A stretch of DNA of 64,000 nt from an uncultured delta proteobacterium (lineage in GTDB: Bacteria; Desulfobacterota; Desulfomonilia; Desulfomonilales; Desulfomonilaceae): positions 15,393 through 79,392 of the forward strand of contig CAWEPY010000011.1 of assembly GCA_963811075.1 (NCBI GenBank), in the 5' to 3' direction. Under the pieces are notes generated by a model, which was not told the DNA's origin, ran no database searches, and saw only the letters and a program-made list of their open reading frames with translations. The first letter of the stretch is position 1. Each line of letters starts with the position of its first letter. This document shows positions 60,497-64,000 of this stretch, piece by piece. The position numbers were made by a program, and so were the translations under genes.

Positions 60497-61245
60497 TTTT
60501 TCAAGGAACTGACCAGTTCAGACGGTTCAAGAAAAACTTCCCCTCCTTGCGGTTCAGGTCTCTGAACCAATATTACAAGACATTTTTCATGGATAGCGGC
60601 TCGAATTTTCTCATCGGTTCCCCCACGTACACCGCTATCCTTTGTCACTAATGTCCCAACTCCAAATCTCTGGATTGCCGTGATGTTTTCCTCGAAAGAA
60701 AATGGACCTTTTCCTGTTATGATGTTTTGATCTGGAACCCCAAGAGATTTAATGGCGTTTAGAGACTCTACGTTCCCCAGTGCCCGCACTATCAGGCGAA
60801 TGCCTCTTGCCGAGCAGACTGACACATATACGCCTAGATTTCTAACGCCTATGGTGGACAAAACTGTCCGACCTGCGTCGCCGGCTTTGTTAGCGGCTTC
60901 CTCATGGTCCTTAGCACCGATTATATTGGAACCGTCGGGAACCGATGAGCGTCTGGACAGCCTGAAGTACCTTACGCCGGTATTTTTACATGCGCGCATA
61001 GCGTTTTCAGTTGCTTCAACTGCGTAGGGGTGAGTGGCGTCAACCACTGCGGCTATCATACTCTCATGAATCAGACTTTCCATGGCGGTATTATTCATAA
61101 CGCCACGCGTTAACGTCAGTAGTGAGGACTCAGGGAGAGCCATGGGAATCTCGGAAGCCATTGAAAAGATAAATTGGAATCCGTGGTCCACAAGAAGTTT
61201 TGCGGTGTCAACTGATTCTGAGGTTCCCCCCAACAACAAAATCAT
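60439..61245 (-). CDS. cbiJ: Cobalt-precorrin-6A / precorrin-6A reductase
   Basis: MILLLGGTSES start, DATHPYA, and the TKDSG motif. Confidence 0.88.
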   Translation of the reverse strand: MILLLGGTSESVDTAKLLVDHGFQFIFSMASEIPMALPESSLLTLTRGVMNNTAMESLIHESMIAAVVDATHPYAVEATENAMRACKNTGVRYFRLSRRSSVPDGSNIIGAKDHEEAANKAGDAGRTVLSTIGVRNLGVYVSVCSARGIRLIVRALGNVESLNAIKSLGVPDQNIITGKGPFSFEENITAIQRFGVGTLVTKDSGVRGGTDEKIRAAIHEKCLVILVQRPEPQGGEVFLEPSELVSSLKNYLGATSSKRDGVTSITIL

Positions 61246-62759
61246 ATCCTGTAACCACGAGGGGTAATAAAACGGCCGTTGGCGATTGTGGAAGTCGATG
61301 AGCCTATGATGACCACACTAAGCATGCCTATTTCATGACCTAGAAAATTGTCAAGATCGGAAATCACTATGGTTTCACTGTCCGTCCCGCTCGAAGTGAC
61401 TATGCCGACAGGGGTCCCGCCATCTCTGAATCTTTTGAATATTTCCGCAGCCTCTTCCAGTTGTTTCACTCTCTTTTTACTCCGGGGATTGTATAGAGCT
61501 GTCACCATGTCGGCTTTAGCCGCTGCGGTCAGGCGTGCCTGAATGACTGACCAGGGAGCGAGCAGATCACTGAGGCTGATGACGCAGAAATCCAGCATCA
61601 AAGGGGCCCCGAGCTTAGCCCCGGCAGACAGCGCAGCGGTTACCCCAGGGACAATTTCGACATCCAGCTCAAGGCCCTCCTGCGCCACCAGTTGGAGAGT
61701 CAAACCCGCCATGCCATATACCCCAGGATCTCCGGAGGAGACAAGTGAAACCGTTTGGCCTTCAGAGGCCAGCCTAATGGCCTCTCTGCACCTCTGGACC
61801 TCACGCGTCATTCCAGACGATACAAGGACCTTCCCTCTGGTCAGATCACTTATAAGGCTAAGATATCTGGAGTATCCGACTATGACGTCGCTTTGCCGGA
61901 TAGCGGCTTCCGCCCTTTTCGTACGATCATCGACGGCTCCCGGCCCTATTCCGACTACATACAGTTTTCCCTTGCAACCGCTACTGTTACTCCGTTTGAT
62001 TTTCGTTTCGGGTACTATTAATTCCGTCCTCCTCCCCGCAAGTATCGCGCTGGGTTCCGCTACACCCGGCAGCCCAAACTGCGAGTAAACAAGATCTGAT
62101 ATCTCAAAAGCGTAATGTTTCCGTGTAATCTCCCTGGAGGAGACAAATCTCAGGGGAATTCCAAGAAACCTAGCCGCCTCTATAAGGCCTGACTCGGTCT
62201 TTTTTATGTCGGCTGACGCTATGAAACGTACTCTGGACATATCCAACCCTTCCCTGGAAAGAGTAGACGTTATCGCTTCGACAATAACGGAGGACTGGAC
62301 TGCCTTTCGGCATCCAACTCCGACGATAAGGTCCTTGCGCGCTTCTGTGGTGGTTGTGATTACCGGTTCCGCTTCGAGGTGGTTGGACACTACTATCGCC
62401 AGATCATTTGCCCCGCCCTCGTGACCCGACAACAGGCTTATGACGTACCTCGCGCACACATCCACCACTACGATGGCAGGGTCCGTGGTCTTGTGGGACG
62501 CCAAACGCCCGAATGCCCTAACAGCTACTCCAGTTGGCCCTATGAAGACTATGTTCCTGAAATCCGAGAAAATGTTGCCGGAGATATCCAGCAGGCGATC
62601 GAATCTCTTGCCGGAAAACCGGGGGGCCACGTTCGCGTGCAGAAATATCAATCGGTTATCCAGGATGGAACAAAGCCTTTCAACCAGGGCCGCTCCCTCG
62701 TCCGATAAAGTGATTAGAGCTGTTCTGGCGCTTTCAATCGGCGCTTTTTCGGAATTCAT
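61242..62759 (-). CDS. cbiGH: Fused cobalt-precorrin-5A hydrolase (CbiG) / precorrin-3B C17-methyltransferase (CbiH)
   Basis: N-terminal CbiG features (LLSGHEGGAN, VGVGCRK, SADIKK). The C-terminal half has LYVVGIGPGAVDDRT and SSGDPGVYGMAGL (a class III methyltransferase). The start is uncertain (62759 or 62819). Confidence 0.85.
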   Translation of the reverse strand: MNSEKAPIESARTALITLSDEGAALVERLCSILDNRLIFLHANVAPRFSGKRFDRLLDISGNIFSDFRNIVFIGPTGVAVRAFGRLASHKTTDPAIVVVDVCARYVISLLSGHEGGANDLAIVVSNHLEAEPVITTTTEARKDLIVGVGCRKAVQSSVIVEAITSTLSREGLDMSRVRFIASADIKKTESGLIEAARFLGIPLRFVSSREITRKHYAFEISDLVYSQFGLPGVAEPSAILAGRRTELIVPETKIKRSNSSGCKGKLYVVGIGPGAVDDRTKRAEAAIRQSDVIVGYSRYLSLISDLTRGKVLVSSGMTREVQRCREAIRLASEGQTVSLVSSGDPGVYGMAGLTLQLVAQEGLELDVEIVPGVTAALSAGAKLGAPLMLDFCVISLSDLLAPWSVIQARLTAAAKADMVTALYNPRSKKRVKQLEEAAEIFKRFRDGGTPVGIVTSSGTDSETIVISDLDNFLGHEIGMLSVVIIGSSTSTIANGRFITPRGYRI

Positions 62760-63489
62760 GACTAAACCTGGCATCGTAGAGTTTTGAAGCTGGCAGGTTC
62801 TTTCCAAGCGCAGGCCCAACGACTATCATGGCTGTTTTGGTGATTCTCGCCGCCTTAGTCTTGTCCGCAATGTCGGCCAGAGTCCCTATAACTATGAGTT
62901 CATCCGGCCACGAGGCTCGGCGTACGACGGCGGCGGGGCAATCAAGTCCGTAGATTTTTTGAAGTCGGACGGCCACATCGTCAATCTTGTCTACAGATAA
63001 AAAGACGCATAGCGTTGCGTGGATGCCGGCAAGTCTTTCAAGATCCTGACCTTCAGGCATAGGGGTCCTACCCGCTGTCCTTGTGAGTATTATGGTCTGG
63101 GATATTTCAGGCGCTGTCAGTTCTATTTTCAGCGCAGCCGCCGTGGCCTGGAACGAACTGACACCCGGGATGACTTCATATGCTATGTTGAGATCGTCCA
63201 ATCGCATCATCTGCTCTCGAATCGCCCCGAATATCGACGGATCCCCGGAATGGAGTCTAACGACATCGATGTCTCGTCTCATTGCGTCAGCAAAAATATT
63301 TGTTATCTCGTCAAGATTCAATTTTGAAGAGTCGTGTTTTTCCGCTGAATCAGGTATCATTTCAAGTATTTCAGGGTTGACCAACGACCCGGCGTACACG
63401 CAGACGCTGCATTGCGCAAGGACTCGCGCCCCCCGTAAGGTCAGTAAATCCGGACTACCGGGCCCTGAACCAACAAAGATAACTTTCAT
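62734..63489 (-). CDS. cbiF: Precorrin-4 / cobalt-precorrin-4 C11-methyltransferase
   Basis: MKVIFVGSGPGSPDLLTLRG and RLHSGDPSIFGAI. Confidence 0.92.
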   Translation of the reverse strand: MKVIFVGSGPGSPDLLTLRGARVLAQCSVCVYAGSLVNPEILEMIPDSAEKHDSSKLNLDEITNIFADAMRRDIDVVRLHSGDPSIFGAIREQMMRLDDLNIAYEVIPGVSSFQATAAALKIELTAPEISQTIILTRTAGRTPMPEGQDLERLAGIHATLCVFLSVDKIDDVAVRLQKIYGLDCPAAVVRRASWPDELIVIGTLADIADKTKAARITKTAMIVVGPALGKNLPASKLYDARFSHEFRKSAD

Positions 63490-64000
63490 TAGGATTTCTT
63501 CACCCTGAATCTTGTCAATATAACGGTCATATTCGCCTGACTAAGATCATCGGGAACTTCTGACGGCCACTCCATGACCTTTTGCCCGGGCAAACCGGCT
63601 CTAGTAACAAAGACGGTCCTCACCGTCTCACGAAATCCAAGCAGGCCAGCCTTTACGTTTTCCAATTTGTCTCCAATTTTCATCACCACATGGGTCCCGG
63701 GCAGTGGGTCCGCCCACTCTGAGGCATCCAATATTACCGAAGCAGGGACGAGATTTATTGATTCATCAGCCTCTGCCAGAGAGAACTGGGAGAGAGCGGC
63801 TGCGGCGTTAAACGCAGTAACGCCTGGGACAGTCACTATGTTGGTTCTTGGTAAATGATTTCGAATTGCCCTGACGAGATAAATGTAAGTCGAATATATG
63901 TAAGGATCACCCAAGGTGACAAAGCAGCAATCCTCGCCCCTGATGAGAGCTTCAAGGACTGGCTGACAGGACTCATTCCATCTCTCTTGAGGCCTTTGGC
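63489..64000 (-). CDS. cbiL: Cobalt-factor II / precorrin-2 C20-methyltransferase; the 5' end is off the window
   Basis: My translation continues upstream of the listed ORF: ...VLEALIRGEDCCFVTLGDPYIYSTYIYL. The frame stays open to position 64000. Confidence 0.85.
   Translation of the reverse strand, partial: QRPQERWNESCQPVLEALIRGEDCCFVTLGDPYIYSTYIYLVRAIRNHLPRTNIVTVPGVTAFNAAAALSQFSLAEADESINLVPASVILDASEWADPLPGTHVVMKIGDKLENVKAGLLGFRETVRTVFVTRAGLPGQKVMEWPSEVPDDLSQANMTVILTRFRVKKS

Overview
This 64-kb window is mostly core chromosome, at about 90% coding density. The gene content points to an anaerobic, Desulfobacterota/Syntrophia-like bacterium, but that is an inference I could not verify by search. 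I saw no rRNA, tRNA, CRISPR array, IS element or prophage by eye.

Recognisable blocks, left to right:
- A NtrY-like sensor kinase (partial), a zincin-like peptidase, pth, a SAM methyltransferase, a Had-like Zn-ADH, a class IV aminotransferase and secA.
- A tetrapyrrole operon on the minus strand: sirC, ccsA/hemX-like, hemA, hemC, cobA-hemD.
- A PAS kinase, a COG3910-like ATPase and a hypothetical gene in one operon.
- hypA, a PfpI-like gene and pyrC-pyrB-pyrI.
- groES-groEL with a CIRCE operator.
- A NUDIX gene, an AhbD/NirJ-type radical SAM gene, a TIM-barrel gene and a bifunctional nuclease.
- A sensor kinase and sigma54-type regulator, followed by envelope genes (L,D-transpeptidase, lipocalin-like, DUF3108).
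- cca, then rpsA-cmk-hisC.
- An inverse-autotransporter-like outer-membrane protein (OMP).
- Fused isobutyryl-CoA mutase icmF, an alpha/beta hydrolase, and a four-subunit Vor-like 2-oxoacid:ferredoxin oxidoreductase with an ACT protein.
- A class I aminotransferase, an endonuclease III-like gene, DUF721/DciA, mogA, speH, a PrsW protease and an orphan oppF-like ATPase.
- An in-frame cdaA-cdaR fusion coupled to a GAF/degenerate-GGDEF protein, then thyX.
- An anaerobic cobalamin block: cbiL (partial), cbiF, cbiGH, cbiJ.

Most notable observations:
1. The diadenylate cyclase is fused in frame to its YbbR-type regulator. It is translationally coupled to a degenerate GGDEF (GGFGSF) protein in the slot where glmM sits in the Firmicute operon.
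2. Six single-base (+1) frame breaks occur in five otherwise intact genes: the NtrY-like kinase, the hydrolase signal peptide, an OMP (two breaks), oppF and thyX. Three of them lie in or next to C4/G5 homopolymer runs. This suggests assembly indels or unusual gene decay, and it is a caveat for every fusion or truncation call here.
3. A cluster of same-strand DnaA-box-like 9-mers sits in the AT-rich leader of cdaA.
4. A Vor-like oxidoreductase plus ACT operon lies close to icmF.
5. speH has a roughly 0.5-kb leader containing an unannotated 58-codon ORF.

Nothing here is an obvious mobile, defence or toxin system.
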